From: Macrostomum lignano
Lineage: Eukaryota
Direction: 5' to 3'
Assembly: GCA_002269645.1 (NCBI GenBank)
Contig: NIVC01001361.1
Coordinates: 124,001-188,000, forward strand
DNA: 64,000 nucleotides
Under the pieces are notes generated by a model, which saw only the letters and a list, made by a program, of their open reading frames with translations, ran no database searches and was not told the DNA's origin. Both the position numbers and the translations under genes were made by a program. The first letter of the stretch is position 1, and every line of letters begins with the position of its first letter. Shown piece by piece: positions 9,426-22,604 of this stretch.

Positions 9426-12400
9426 CAACAACAACAAAAAATATGCAGCCCCGCATGCAAGGTCTCAGTTAGAGCAGGGTGCGTCAGATGGCGCGCCGCA
9501 GAGCCTCCGCCCCGTTGGAAGTGTCGGGCACCCCGGCGTCGCGTAGGAGGCAGTCCACGTATCGACGGGTTTGGGCCTGACCCCGCCTGAACGGACCCTT
9601 CAAGATGAGCAGCAGGACGTCCTGAACAGGTTGGGGGCAGTAGCCCTCGGCCCGGATCACGTGGCCCGCCAGTTAAGTCACCGCCGGCGCAGGATGATAG
9701 ACGGGCGCTGCAGCTTGGCCCGATCGTACAGGGCCCCGGTCCCAACGCTCTCATCAGCTCGAAAGGCCGCACGGAGCAGCCCTGAGTGCGCTGAGTCCAA
9801 CTGCCGCTCCAGCGTAGCCCTCAGCGTCCACGTCTCGGCGTTTAAGAGTAGGACGGTTTCGACCACCGCCTGCCACAGCCAAGCTCTCTGGCGGTCGGGC
9901 AGCGCTTCGGACTGGACGACGGCCCGGATTGAACGGAAGGCCGCCCAGCAGGCAAGTCCTCTCCAGGGCGCCAGAGGTCTTCCTCCACGTGAGGCATGCA
10001 GACCGCCAAGGTAGGTGAACTGCTGGCAGCGTGCGAGCCTGGTCGTCTGCCCGTCTGCGCCGCGGCACGTCAGGTTCGCTGGGATGTCGGCCGGCACAGT
10101 CAGCACCTCGGTCTTCAGCGTGTTGACAACCAAACCGACGCTCGATGCCACCTCGACCAGCCTGTCAATCTGGCGCTGGGCGCCTTCAACGGACGAGGAC
10201 AGGAGGGCGAGGTCGTCGGCGTAGCCAAGCACGCTCAGACGCTTTTCGCCGTGGCGGCGACCGATACGTCTGCGCAGCAGAAAGCCGTCGTCAGCCGAGG
10301 GGAGTGCGGTCTGAAGCACCCAGTCCAGCAGCAGCACGAAGATTAAGAGAAAGTGTCGAATAGGTCAGACAGGCCGTCCGCCGTCACCACAGCAGCTCGA
10401 GTGTCGTAATACAGCGCCATTACAGAGTCGATTAGCTGTTTGGGTACCCGGTAGGCTCGAAGGACAAAGGGAAGCGCGGTTCTCAACACCGAGTCAAACG
10501 CCTTCCGAAAGTCAACGAAGACAATGATCAGCGTAGACTGGCAGATGCGCGCCTCCTCGATGACACGGCGGAGTGCAAGGATCTGTACCACGTTGAGGCC
10601 GGAATCCGTTCTGCTCGCACCGCAGGTACGGGTCCAGCACCGACTGCAGACGATCGAGCAGCAGCCGGTTGAAGAGCTTCGCGGTGTAGGACATCAGCGA
10701 GATCCCGCGGTGGTCTTCTTTCCGCGTTGTCCCTGCCTTCTTCGGGATCGGCACGATGTGCGCGACGGTCCACTCGGTGGGCGCGGGGGCGCCGACGAGC
10801 ACGCGGTTCATGTCGCGACACAGCGGAGCCGTAGCGCTTCGACCGGAACTTCGTCGGGGCCAAGCGCGTTGCCACCTGATGTGTTCCGAGCGAAAAGCAC
10901 AACGTCCTCCGTGGTGACTGGGGTGGTGCAGAAGTCCTCCTCAGCTGGGAGTGTCTAGTGGGAGCGCAAAACTGGCAGTCAGCGGCGAAGCGGGCGTGTT
11001 CACGATGCCGGCGAAGAAGTCGCGCAATTTAATCCTGCGCTCTTCCGGGGTGTTGCCGGCCAGGTTCAGCGCCACGCGCCTTTTGCGCCCCGTCAGGGTC
11101 CGGACGGCCGTCCACACAGCCCTGCTCTTCACGTCGGGGCCGGCTGCAGTAATAGACCGGACGGCGCCGTCGACAGCAGCCTGAAGCCGCTCATCTGGGA
11201 GGCGCTCAAATGCGTCTTCAGCGTCGCCTGTGGGCCACCGGTTTCTGCGCAGTCGCTCGATGTTGAGCCGCGCCTGCCTGATGGTCGGGTCGCTCTGTTA
11301 GACAGGCAGCGATTTCTGCGCTGGCCGCAACAGCGGAACCGTCTGCTCCACAGCGGCTCTAATGGCGGTGCTGATGTCGGAATACTCTGCCTCGCTCTGG
11401 TCTCCAAGCGCGCCGATGAAGGCGCCCGCGAAATGACGCTTCACGCGGGTATCCGACAGAGCGCGATAGTAGCACCGTGGCCGCTGCTTTGGTGGTCGGT
11501 AGAGCTGGTCGTGGAGCCGCAAGTCACAGAGAAGAAGTCAATGGTCTGACCGGAGAGCCAGTGGAGCCATGGTGTCGCAGTTGGTGACGCGGCGGCGCTC
11601 GCGAGTGCGAATCAGCGCATGATCGAGTTGCACCAGTCTCCTCGTGGCGTTCCGGGCGCGTGCGTTCCGTCGCCTTCTCTTTCAGCCCGCAAATGTGACC
11701 AGACACCACGGACACGGACACCAGGACACACGGACACGGACACGGACACGGACACCAGGTCCAGCCGGTCAAGCAGATCCTCCAGCGCATCGATATTGGC
11801 GTTCTCGCGTCCTGCGACATAGGGCGAGCGCTCGAACCTCCGCGGAACTGCGTTCAGTTCTATGATGCCAGCGTGTCGCGGTTGGGCACCTCTTCCAGCT
11901 GCCCAGCCAGGAAGTCGACGAAGGCACGAGCCTCCTCGGGGTGAGCAGCGGTGGGTACATACGCGCAGAACAGCCGGATGCAGCGGGCGCGCAGGCACAG
12001 GTCGACCCGCATCAGTCGTGGGGACAGCGAAGCGCAGTGAACGCTCAGCCAAAGGCGCGGTCCGATCAGCACGCCGACACCGCCCCGGCCGCAGTCGCCT
12101 GCCGACGTGTACAGGAGGCTCCAGCCGACTCCCGAGGTCCTCAGAGTGGAGCCCCGGCTCAGCCACGATAGAAATCTCCTGCTGCATGATGAGGTCCAGC
12201 TGTAGGTCGTGGGCCAGCTGGACGAGAGTGATGCGATGCCAGGGGGCCTTCAGAGTTCGACAGTTCATCGTGCCGAGTCTGAGGCGGCCACCTGGCAAGG
12301 ACTACTTAAGTTTAACGAACTGACTTCAGTGGTCCTTGCCACCTGGTACAGCTGGGGCCAGATGGAGATTAGCGTCGTGGTCCCAGGCGCCACCCGGCGG

Positions 12401-12444
12401 ATCCATAGTTGAAATACCAGGGACTGGGAGCGACAGGCGCCTGG
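9426..12444 (-). mobile_element. Decayed non-LTR retrotransposon (APE endonuclease + RT, RTE-like), ~3.0 kb
   Basis: EN: LRLGTMNCRTL...DLIMQQE. RT: IVPIPKK..RGISLMSYTAKLFNRLLLDRL, EQNGFRP, FVDFRKAFDSV, LGYADDLAL. (TTG)n 3' tail; possible CATAT TSD (9421-9425/12445-12449). Several frameshifts. Confidence 0.9.
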
Positions 12445-13239
12445 CATATATTTAATTAATTTTATTAAATATGAATCATGAAATTTGTTATTCTGCATAG
12501 ATTCTCTTCGCGTGAAGAAGAATGTTAAATTTGTCCAGGACACTTCCTAATTCATTTTTAATAAAATAAAGCAAAAAAAGCTTAAAATAAAGCAGTTTAC
12601 TGGTAGTTTGTACGTAATAAACAAATTTAATGCTTGTTCCTACGATTCGTACGACAGAAACTAAAGTGTCTGTAGAAGTGTCTGAATAAGTGTCGGTGAA
12701 TGTTTCATACGTATCATAGGCCATGCCTCAGGCTTTTATAATGTTTACAATGCAATGGTAAATATTTTCGTTAAACATTAAACTAAATTAAATTTAGATT
12801 AACATTTTTTACAATATTATGTTCAATATTCTGGCGCTAATATACCTTAATTCATTCCTTTTAATTTTTGGAATTTGTTTTATCTTGTTTACCTAAAAAG
12901 CGATAATCTAAAATGTATCTTTACAAGAAACAAAGATGTTTTTGTTAAACATAATTTACTACTACTACTACTAAACATAAATCCAAAATACTATAATGGT
13001 AAATTTTTTGGTTAGGAATTTTAGCGTTTTGTAACTACCGACTGTTTGTAACCCTTTGTCGTACCTTAAACTATGGGAATCGCTTATTTAAAATTCGAAT
13101 AAAAAAGTTTTAGTGCCATCATTCTTCCGTCAAATTCGTCAAATTTTGATTATATTTAACTCTTCTACTCATTTACTGATTATTAAAAACTCGCTAGTCT
13201 TGTTTTTTATGGGTGTTTGAATTTTGGCGCTAGTAATAA

Positions 13240-13299
13240 ATGGCTGATCGTAAACCTGGTGAATGGGTTCACGCCCTGCTAAATAGATTTGATTCACAG
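13240..13299 (+). CDS. NF1: NF1 exon 1
   Basis: MADRKPGEWVHALLNRFDSQ|GTAAGC. Confidence 0.92.
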
Positions 13300-14519
13300 G
13301 TAAGCTCATAGTCTTAGGGTTTACAAAGTTGCAGTTACAGTATAAAAATTGCTATGACACTATATTAAGGTCTGGGTTCAGATGACTGATGACAAATGTC
13401 TTTAAAATGTAATTTATTCCTTTCTATATGCATCCTTATCAGGTTAGGCCCTAACTAAGGATGCTAATGAATTGGGGTACAGCCACAGCAAGGAGATTAT
13501 GTCTTAATATTAATTTTAATATAGTCTTATTATAGATCGCTTTGTGTAGCAGTGTAGCCATAGTCTGGATCATGCTGGGTGCACGCCCAAACAAAAATGA
13601 AATAATTATAATGCATGCCAAAAAAATTTTGTGCATGCCTATTCTCAAAACTATGCCAGTGTTATGACAATAAATGACATTTTTGGATTGTATAAGGATC
13701 TTTTTGGCAGATAATTTGGTTAATCTTTCTGCTTGTTTGGCAATATTATTTATAGTGGAAAATTGATACATGCAAAGATTTGTTTAAATGCTCTATTACT
13801 AGCTTAAAAACTTGGAAAGCTTGAAATTTATGCTTAAAAAAGAACTTTTTTTTATATTTTTTCTATTTCACAATAACTCTTCTGTATTATTCTATAAAAT
13901 GTATACCAGGTGTGCATATACAATATTTTCTTAGGAGTGATACACGCCAACTAGGCACACCTACATTCGGTATATAAGGCCAATACATACTTGAATTTTT
14001 GGACATACACTAGTAATACTACATGATTTGGAATGATTTGAATGTATGTAGTAACTTTAATGTAGTAATATAAAGGCCTACAAGACATTTTTGAAATTTT
14101 CTATTTTATTAGAATAGAATAATTGTTTATGATAGCACTTATAATTTAAGAAAAATTGTTTATTCTTATTATTATGATGTTATATTATATAAAAAGCTTG
14201 TTTATTATAGCAGCCATCCACCTAGAGTTTTAATAGCATGCATAGCAGATATATCTTAATGTATAAAAAGTAATATATCGTTCAAATTAAAATTCAAATA
14301 AACAAAAAATAGCAATGAATTGAGATTAGTAGCCTTTATTGTATGTACATACTATATATAGGATAAAACAATATAAAACTATATAATAACAATAATTTTT
14401 AATTAGGTTTAGTTAGTAGGACCTACCTAGCAATGTACAGATTTGAGGGAAAGGGTCCAATTCACTAGGCCTATACTGTGGCCAATTGCCAGCTATTGTG
14501 CATACAATTAGAATATTGT

Positions 14520-14785
14520 GGACAGCTGCCATGCATGCAATAAAAGCACTAGGTGGATAGCCACTATGCATGCAATTAAAACACTAGGTGGATGGCTGCT
14601 ATGCATGCAATTAAAACACTAGGTGGATGGCTGCTATGCATACAATAAAAGCAATAGGTAGATAGCTGCCATCCACACAATAAAAACACTAGGTGGATAG
14701 CTACCATGCATGCAATAAAAGCACTAGGTGGATGGCCGCCATGCATGCAATTAAAACACTAGATGGATAGTTGCCATGCATGTAA
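14520..14785. repeat. Degenerate minisatellite, 35-bp unit, NF1 intron 1
   Basis: gctgccatgcatgcaataaaagcactaggtggata, about 7 copies. Confidence 0.9.
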
Positions 14786-15300
14786 GCTCTCCATATATTA
14801 TACTAATGCTTATTTAAATCTATGATGATTTCATTTGCTATATTTTGTTTGCCACTTTTTTCATTTGCAAATATTTGTGGAAAATCATTTCATCTAATAA
14901 TTTAGTGAATTCATTTCCTATAAAAATTTTCAAGCCTACAAGCTATGTGTACATATTAATTTGTAACATTTAAAGAGATGTTCAAAAAGTGTATTTTCTA
15001 TCAAAATTGAAATCAAAATAAAAATTTAGAAAACAAATTCATGACCAACACCCAATTTTTTACTTTTGATTTCTTGCTCATAGAAAAAAATGCATGTCAC
15101 ATAAATTAGTTTAATATAGCATCATGCAGGCAAAAGGACTATAAAAAGATAGATATATAACCCCCATTGTATATACTCTTCTCTATGCATGGCATTTTCT
15201 CTTGCTCTCTTGCATCTTCTATATATAGTATCACTTGATGTATGTAATGTATGTATATATATTATATATATAATTAATATATATCACTGAATAGTAAGAC

Positions 15301-16338
15301 AGAAAGCCTTTTTATTTCAATAGATATAATGGTAACAAAGATTTTATGCTACTTTGTGCATATATTTATATTTATAAATAGCACAAGATTAAGGGGCCTA
15401 GGGAGGTGCAAAAAGATGGCATGGCATGATAGGCTACACCAACCCTTCCTTAGCTAAGTGAGCCAGCTAGCTTTATGCACACCCACCCCCCCCCCCCTCA
15501 GCTAGATAAAGGTTGGGGGGTTTCCAGTGTAGCTAAACTAGTGCTTGCTGGTCACATAGTCTGGCCACCACACAGCTCCCCTTAGCATCAAGCTAGGCCC
15601 CAAATGCTAGGCAATAGCCAAGGCATCAAGTGCTGAGGAGCAGGCGCCAAAAGCAATAGAGGCACCAAAGACTGCGGAGCTATGGAGGAGTGGTTGCCAA
15701 AATCAGCTAGGTGCCAAAGACAGCAGGGTGCCAGGCAGGCGCCAAAGATAGCAGAGGTGCAGCTAGACCATATCCAAGGCAATTGATAATCAGTTGCTGC
15801 CATGAGCAGGGTCAATGCTCTTGCATAGAAGCTAGGGATGTTAGGCTAGCAACAGCGATGCTAACCTAGAATTAGCTGCTGAATTAGTTGGTCCAACGTG
15901 GGGGCCAAAAGGCAAGACCCAAGAGCTACCAGGGGGTGTGCTGACTGGGCCAATTTGTGCTGCAAAGTACTGCTGTGGCTGCTAGGCTGCAGTGTTGCTA
16001 GGCTGCTGTGCTGTGATGCTACTATTGCAATCAGCCAAGGCAGTTGGCTGCTAGGACTGCACTGGGCCAACCCAAGGATGACCAGGTAGGCCTAGCATTC
16101 TGCGCTAGGCATTGGGCTCACCAATGAGGCAGAAGGCCTTTTTATTTCAATAGATATAATGGTAGCAAAGATTTTGTGCTGCTTTGCGCATATATTTATA
16201 TTTACAAACAGTGCAAGATTGAAGGGCCTAGGGAGGTGCAAAAAGGTGGCATGGTGTGATAGGCTACCCTAGACAGGTTGGGAGGTTTATAATACGGCTG
16301 CACTGGTGCTCGCCAGTCGCATAGTCTGGTTGCCACAA
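15301..16338. repeat. Two direct copies of a 200-270 bp repeat (15301-15572; 16131-16338) flanking a CpG-poor core
   Basis: 137-bp gapless block plus a further 62-bp block align. Confidence 0.85.
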
Positions 16339-16789
16339 TAGTAATAATTGAAATCATGTAAACTATATCTTTTTATTATATATTACATATATCTTTGAAT
16401 TATACTATGCACAAAAATGCAATATATATTAGCAAACACTTTTATAGTTCTTTTAAGTTCTACAAAATTTACAAAAACTTACAGTTTTGCAAACATACTA
16501 TATATGTAAAACAGTTTTAACAAATCCAAATACTTAAAAAAAATTAAATATATCATTGATTCAAGAAAATTTGCTCTTAAAAATTCCAAAATTATGAAAA
16601 TTGAAATAGAAATTTTAGAAAATCTTTAAGCACTTAAATTTTAGAATTCTAAATTACCCATCTTTAAATGTTCCATACCTAGGATAGAATCTTTGTATAG
16701 TAATTTTGAAATAGAAAATTGTAAGCATTTTATTAGCAAATGTTTTTATACTTTTCCAGATAATATGTAAATAAATATCTACAAATAAA

Positions 16790-17002
16790 TAAGAGATAAG
16801 AGGTAAGAGAGGAAAGGAGAGACAAAGGGAGAGAGAAGTGAGTGAGGAGAGAAGAAGGGAAAGATTCGAGAGGACAGGGAAGAGAGGTAAAAGGGAGAGA
16901 GAGGCAAGAGGAGATAAAAGAGGAGAATAGAGAGGGGAGAAAGTAGAGAGGAGTAGAGAAATGGGAAAATAGAGAGCAGAGAGATGAAAGGAGAGATAAG
17001 AA

Positions 17003-17073
<71 letters not shown>

Positions 17074-17575
17074 GAGGGAGAGAGGGAGAGAGAGAGGAGG
17101 GCACCTCCAATCCCAGGCACTGACATGGTAGAAAGGACTGAAGAAAGTCAATTTAGTTGAATTGCCGATATTTCAAATTAATTAGATTTTTTCAGGGCTG
17201 TAAGATTACAGATGGGAGAAAAGAGATGAGACAGTAAAGAGTAGATAAGAGAGAGAGGAGAGAGTGGAGATATGATAGGAGAGATGAGAAATGAGAGCAG
17301 ATTTAAGAGAAGAGAAGAGGGAAGTATTGAGAGAGGGGAGAGTGAAGAATGAGAAGAGGGGAGAGAGGAGCAAAGATGGATGGAAATGTTGAGAGAGGGA
17401 GAGTGAGGATTGAGAAGAGGGGAGAGAGAAGAGAGAGTAGAGAGCAAAGAGAAATGAGAAGAGATAAGAGGAGAAATAAGAGAAGAGAGGAGAGTAGAGA
17501 GAAAAGAATAGAGGGAGGAGAAGAGATGAGAGAGACAAGAGATGAGAGAAAAGTGAGGAAACAGAAGAAGAGTCA
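16790..17575. repeat. Purine-rich (AG) low-complexity tract with (AGAC)n
   Basis: Visible composition. Confidence 0.9.
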
Positions 17576-17871
17576 GACATTCCCTGACATTCTGCGCAGC
17601 ACCCCAGCCAACAATATCAATGTTTGCCTCAAATCCTAATTTTACACAAATGTACTCCATTTTATGTTTACCTCTATCCCAAATATTAACAAGTTTTTGT
17701 TTAAATATGACCTCAGATTGTAGGGTACATGCAAAAATAGTTCTAGGGATTGAAATTCTCCAGGTTCAAAATCTGTGCATTTCAACAGCTTGTTAAACTT
17801 TATATAATTCAGCAGATTCTTAATTATGTTGAACTTTGCAATGTGCATTAGAACACTAAAATTATTTTTTG

Positions 17872-17912
<41 letters not shown>

Positions 17913-18808
17913 ATGAATAATTGATTATACCTGTACCATTTAGGCCAGATATGCAACTAACAACTTAGCTGCAGCTATCATACAACATATTTGAAGGCTG
18001 CTTATGGCTATTTAGTCCATAGACTGGAGGGTTGCCATGTATACCCATTTATTATACCAGCTGATAAAACAGTAGAATATTTTTTGGGATTAAACAATAT
18101 ATTGTCTATGTGTTGTTTTAAGAGAATCTACATAAAAATTTTTATAGAATAGAAATATTTGAAAATTCAAGTTATTTTAAAAGGGGTATGCAAGTCATAC
18201 TATTAGGGTATTAATTATCTACTTTTGAAAACATTCTACTTACTGGGTAATGTCATTCGAATAAACTAGGCCTAAAAATCAGAATAGCCTTTGTATATAA
18301 AAGTTTTGTAAGCTTTATTATAATGATGTATTTTCAAGTAATTAATGTAAAATATTATCTTACATTTGACTAATATATGTTTTTAGTGTATTTTAGTAGA
18401 ATAGTTAAAATAAAATATTTTTATAATATAGTATTATAGTTGGCAAAACTCCTTTTTTCTATCACAAAGAAAAACTTTTCTTGTCTATTTTAAACACTTT
18501 AAAAACATTATTAAGAATAATGTTGAAAGTAAATTTAAAATAGTTGTTTATGAAATAAATTTGAAAATTAAGAATGCTTCAACTTAAATTTTAATTTTTT
18601 AACTATTTAAATACTTTTGCTTGAATCTTACTTTAGTATATGTATAAAGTTTTTTTAATGATATTTCAGCATTGATGTTGCAATAGTAGTAGTCATGAAG
18701 TGTGCTTTTGAAAAAAAATTAAGTGCTATGTTAGTATTTGTTTTTACCTTTATATTGTGATTACCTACAAAAGCTATATAAAGATCTTAACTTCAATATT
18801 TTATTTAG

Positions 18809-18952
18809 TTGCCAATCAAAACTGGCCTCCACACGAACCAGTCGCTTGAAAATGTGGAGATGAACAAGCAGTGCCTCATCCGTGTCAGCAAGTACAAATT
18901 TGCGCTAGTTATATCTGAGCTTACTAAGATACTGCAGCAGGTGGACCAAATG
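18809..18952 (+). CDS. NF1: NF1 exon 2
   Basis: LPIKTGLH...SKYKFALVISELTKILQQVDQM. Confidence 0.93.
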
Positions 18953-19021
18953 GTGATTTTTGAATGCGTGAGATGTTTTAATCATTCATTTTCTATACCA
19001 GTTGTTTCCGCTTGTTGTGTC

Positions 19022-19560
19022 CCCAGATCCTCAGTTGATGTGCCAGCCTCCCAGATCCTCAGTTGCTGGGCCAGCCTCCCAGATCCTCAGTTGCTGTGCC
19101 AGCCTCCCAGATCCTCAGTTGCTGTGCCAGCCTCCCAGATCCTCAGTTGCTGTGCCAGCCTCCCAGATCCTCAGTTGCTGGGCCAGCCTCCCAGAGTGTC
19201 AGTTGCTGTGCCAGCCTCTCAGATCCTCAGTTTCTGGGCCAGCCTCCCAGATCCTCAGTTTCTGGGCCAGCCTCCCAGATCCTCAGTTGCTGGGCCAGCC
19301 TCCCAGATCTTCAGTAGCTGGGCCAGCCTCCCAGATCCTCAGTAGCTGGGCCAGCCTCCCAGATCCTCAGTTGCTGGGCCAGCCTCCCAGATCTTCAGTA
19401 GCTGGGCCAGCCTCCCAGATCCTCAGTAGCTGGGCCAGCCTCCCAGATCCCCAGTTTTTGGGTCACCGCCAGCCTCCCAGATCCTCAGTTGCTGGGCCAG
19501 TGCCACTATCCCAGATCCTCAGTTGCTGGGCCAGTGCCACTATCCCAGATCCTCCCAGAT
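19022..19560. repeat. Minisatellite, 28-bp unit (gcctcccagatcctcagttgctgggcca), NF1 intron 2
   Basis: Same unit recurs at 42212-42897. Confidence 0.95.
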
Positions 19561-19628
19561 ATCAGTGTAAGTACGAGTATTATTTCATAATTATATGAAG
19601 AGCCATCCCGCACCCCGCACCTGGCCAG

Positions 19629-19712
19629 CACGTGTACGGGCCCGACGCCGAGCGCAACTTTTGCCACTCTCAGTTCATCATTTTGGACACGCTTGAGAAA
19701 TGCCTGATTGGG
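19629..19712 (+). CDS. NF1: NF1 exon 3
   Basis: HVYGPDAERNFCHSQFIILDTLEKCLIG. Confidence 0.93.
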
Positions 19713-19814
19713 GTGAGTTTAGTATTTGCAAAACTTAATAATTCAACAGCTCATTTAGTGTTCGTTCGAGAGTCTGGAAAAACTTTTTAATAATTTTTTC
19801 AACTACTTTTACAG

Positions 19815-19883
19815 CAACCGAAAGAGACCTCGCGCTTAGACGAAGCCATTTTGGTTAAAAATCTGCTTCAGGAAATTTGCCGG
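19815..19883 (+). CDS. NF1: NF1 exon 4 (alternative in-frame donor at 19904)
   Basis: QPKETSRLDEAILVKNLLQEICR. Confidence 0.85.
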
Positions 19884-20064
19884 GTCCGAAAATTGGTGCA
19901 AAACGTGAGTTGAGAGCCGCTGCTGTTTGCTGCTTTTCTGTGTAGAGAAAATCGGATGGTTAAACGATTGAATTGCTGAATATGCAGTTATCTAACTATC
20001 TCAGCTGATCAACTCATCCACCCAAGACCCATCGGCTACAATCCTCCTTACCGACTACTTACCT

Positions 20065-20720
20065 GATCCACTAGTCACCTGGCCCACTGGTTACCTGACC
20101 CACTGGTCACCTGGCCCACTGGTTACCTGACCCACTGGTCACCTGGCCCACTAGTCACCTGGGCCACTAGTTACCTGACCCACTGGTTACCTGACCCACT
20201 AGTCACCTGGGCCACTAGTTACCTGACCCACTGGTTACCTGACCCACTAGTCACCTGGCCCACTGGTTACCTGGGCCACTAGTTACCTGACCCACTGGTT
20301 ACCTGACCCACTAGTCACCTGGCCCACTGGTTACCTGACCCACTAGTCACCTGGGCCACTAGTTACCTGACCCACTGGTTACCTGACCCACTAGTCACCT
20401 GGGCCACTAGTTACCTGACCCACTGGTTACCTGACCCACTAGTCACCTGGGCCACTAGTTACCTGACCCACTGGTTACCTGACCCACTAGTCACCTGGCC
20501 CACTAGTTACCTGACTCACTAACCACCTGACCCACTAGTCACCTGGCCCACTAATTACCTGACCCACTAGTCACCTGACCCACTAGCCACCTGACCCACT
20601 AACCAGCTGACCCACTAACCACCTGACGCACCAACCACCTGACCCACTAACCACCTGACCCGCTAGTTATCTGACCCACTAGTCCTGACCGACTAACCAC
20701 CTGACCAACCTGACCAGACA
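20065..20720. repeat. Minisatellite, 16-bp unit (cccactagtcacctga), NF1 intron 4
   Basis: Visible. Confidence 0.92.
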
Positions 20721-20809
20721 CCTGACCTTAATTGCCTCAGCACCGCATACGTCTCATATTGTACACTAAACACAAAAGTTAAAAAACTCACCCATCTCAT
20801 CCCTTGCAG

Positions 20810-21185
20810 TTCATGACCCTAACTGGCGAGAACTCAAAGATGAACGGCGAGCTGCTGACCCTGGCATCTCGGGTCATCTACGCCCTATCCGTTAACAACT
20901 TTAATACAGTGTTTAATAGAATCCTGAGCAGTCTCAATCTCAGCACGTCCGAATTAGAGGACGCCGATTGTCAAATCTCCGAGCTTGAGCTAATCCAGTA
21001 CCTGAGCATGGACCTGACCAGGCTGTCCCGACTCATCTACGAGGTCTGCACCAAATTCAAGGGCCTAAAGAAGAACGCCTATTTGGCTTTGTCCAACTTT
21101 CTCGAACGGGCGATTTGGAATTGGTTGGAAAATTTTCCCCAAGAATTCGACGAATTGCAGACTAAACCGAATGAGGAGCTGGCCG
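20810..21185 (+). CDS. NF1: NF1 exon 5
   Basis: FMTLTGEN...LSVNNFNTVFNRI...AIWNWLENFPQEF. Confidence 0.93.
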
Positions 21186-21254
21186 GTGAGTTGGCTGAGC
21201 CTGTTTAACTAAGTGTCAAAATAATCCAATCATAGTATACATAGTATACGGTAA

Positions 21255-21910
21255 ATAACCCAATGACACCATGACCTAACAGTGACTCAACAATGACAAT
21301 GACACCGTGACCCCAGTGTCATCATGACCCAACAGTGACCCCAGTGTCACCATGACCCAACAGTGACCCCAGTGTCACCATGACCCAACAGTGATCCCAG
21401 TGACCCAACAATGACTCCATGACACCGTGACCCCAGTGACACCATGACCCAACAGTGACCCCAACCCCAGTGTCATCATGACCCAACAGTGACCTCAGTG
21501 TCACCATGACCCAACAGTGACCCCAGTGACCCATGACCCAACAGTGATCCCAGTGACACCATGACCCAACAGTGACCCCAGTGACCCATGACCCAACAGT
21601 GACCCCAGTGACCCATGACCCAACAGTGACCCCAGTGACACCATGACCCAACATTAACCCCAGTGACCCATGACCCAACGACACCGTGACCCAACAGTGA
21701 CACGACCCAGCAGTGACCCAATGACACCATGACCCAACAGTAACGTAATGACACCATGACCCAACAATGACTCAATGACACCATGACCCAGCAGTGACCC
21801 AATAATACCATGACCCAGCAGTGACCCAATAATACCATGACCCAGCAGTGACCCAATAATACCATGACCCAGCAGTGACCCAATAATACCATGACCCAGC
21901 AGTGAACCAA
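21255..21910. repeat. Degenerate minisatellite (gtgaccccagtgacaccatgacccaaca), NF1 intron 5
   Basis: Visible. Confidence 0.9.
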
Positions 21911-22015
21911 TGAATGAATATTTCAATCATTTAGTGACCCGATGAAGCTTCATGACTTAAACAGTGAGTCTGCGACACAGCAGTGCCCCATGCCGCCGCT
22001 CCCATCCCCTTACAG

Positions 22016-22572
22016 AGCGTTGCGAGCGCCTATTCGACATGCTGACCCCTCTGTGCAGCGACAGCGGCCGGCGCAAAGCTCAAACTTGGCCACTGCAGGT
22101 CATGCTGCTAGTGCTGTGCCCGAATCTTCTCGAAGATATTAACAACGCGGAGAATGGCGCCCCTATTGGCGCCAGCGCGCTGCGTAAAAAGCAATTCTTT
22201 GACGATATGAAACGCGCACTGGCCTCGCATAATCACAGTTCGGCTAAGCCTAGCCTGTTAGAGGCTGCCATCTTAGCAACAGTTAACATGTGCAAATCCG
22301 CCTGCTATGTTAACATTAACGATCGCAGCAATGCCCTATTTAGCATTGTCCAACGGGTCATTAGCGACCTTAAAAGCATTCTGTTTTTGCAGGCTAAATC
22401 TGGTCTGCGGACGCCTCACGCCGATACTGAACACCTGTTAACCGAGTTTTTTGTCACCTGTTTTCGAATCACTCCGCACAATAACGAAATATTGAAGGTT
22501 TGCCTAAATCAGCAGAGTCCGCCTATCTTTCACTTTGTGCTGGTCTGTTCTCTGCATAAGATAATTACTCAG
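22016..22572 (+). CDS. NF1: NF1 exon 6
   Basis: RCERLFDML...WPLQVMLLVLCP...CFRITPHNN...LHKIITQ. Confidence 0.93.
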
Positions 22573-22604
22573 GTGAGCTGCTACCCACCTTAATATTGGA
22601 AACT

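Noticed and set aside
13451-13771. AT-rich ORFs in NF1 intron 1 (13451-13771, 17642-17956) as genes or transposase relics
   Set aside because: No motif I can recognise. They may be decayed TE coding sequence, but this cannot be supported without a profile search.
13300-19814. Introns created by tandem duplication of repeat units
   Set aside because: The first three coding exons (60, 144, 84 nt) match the sizes I recall for human NF1 exons 1-3. These introns therefore look ancestral and were colonised by arrays later. Not tested for all introns.
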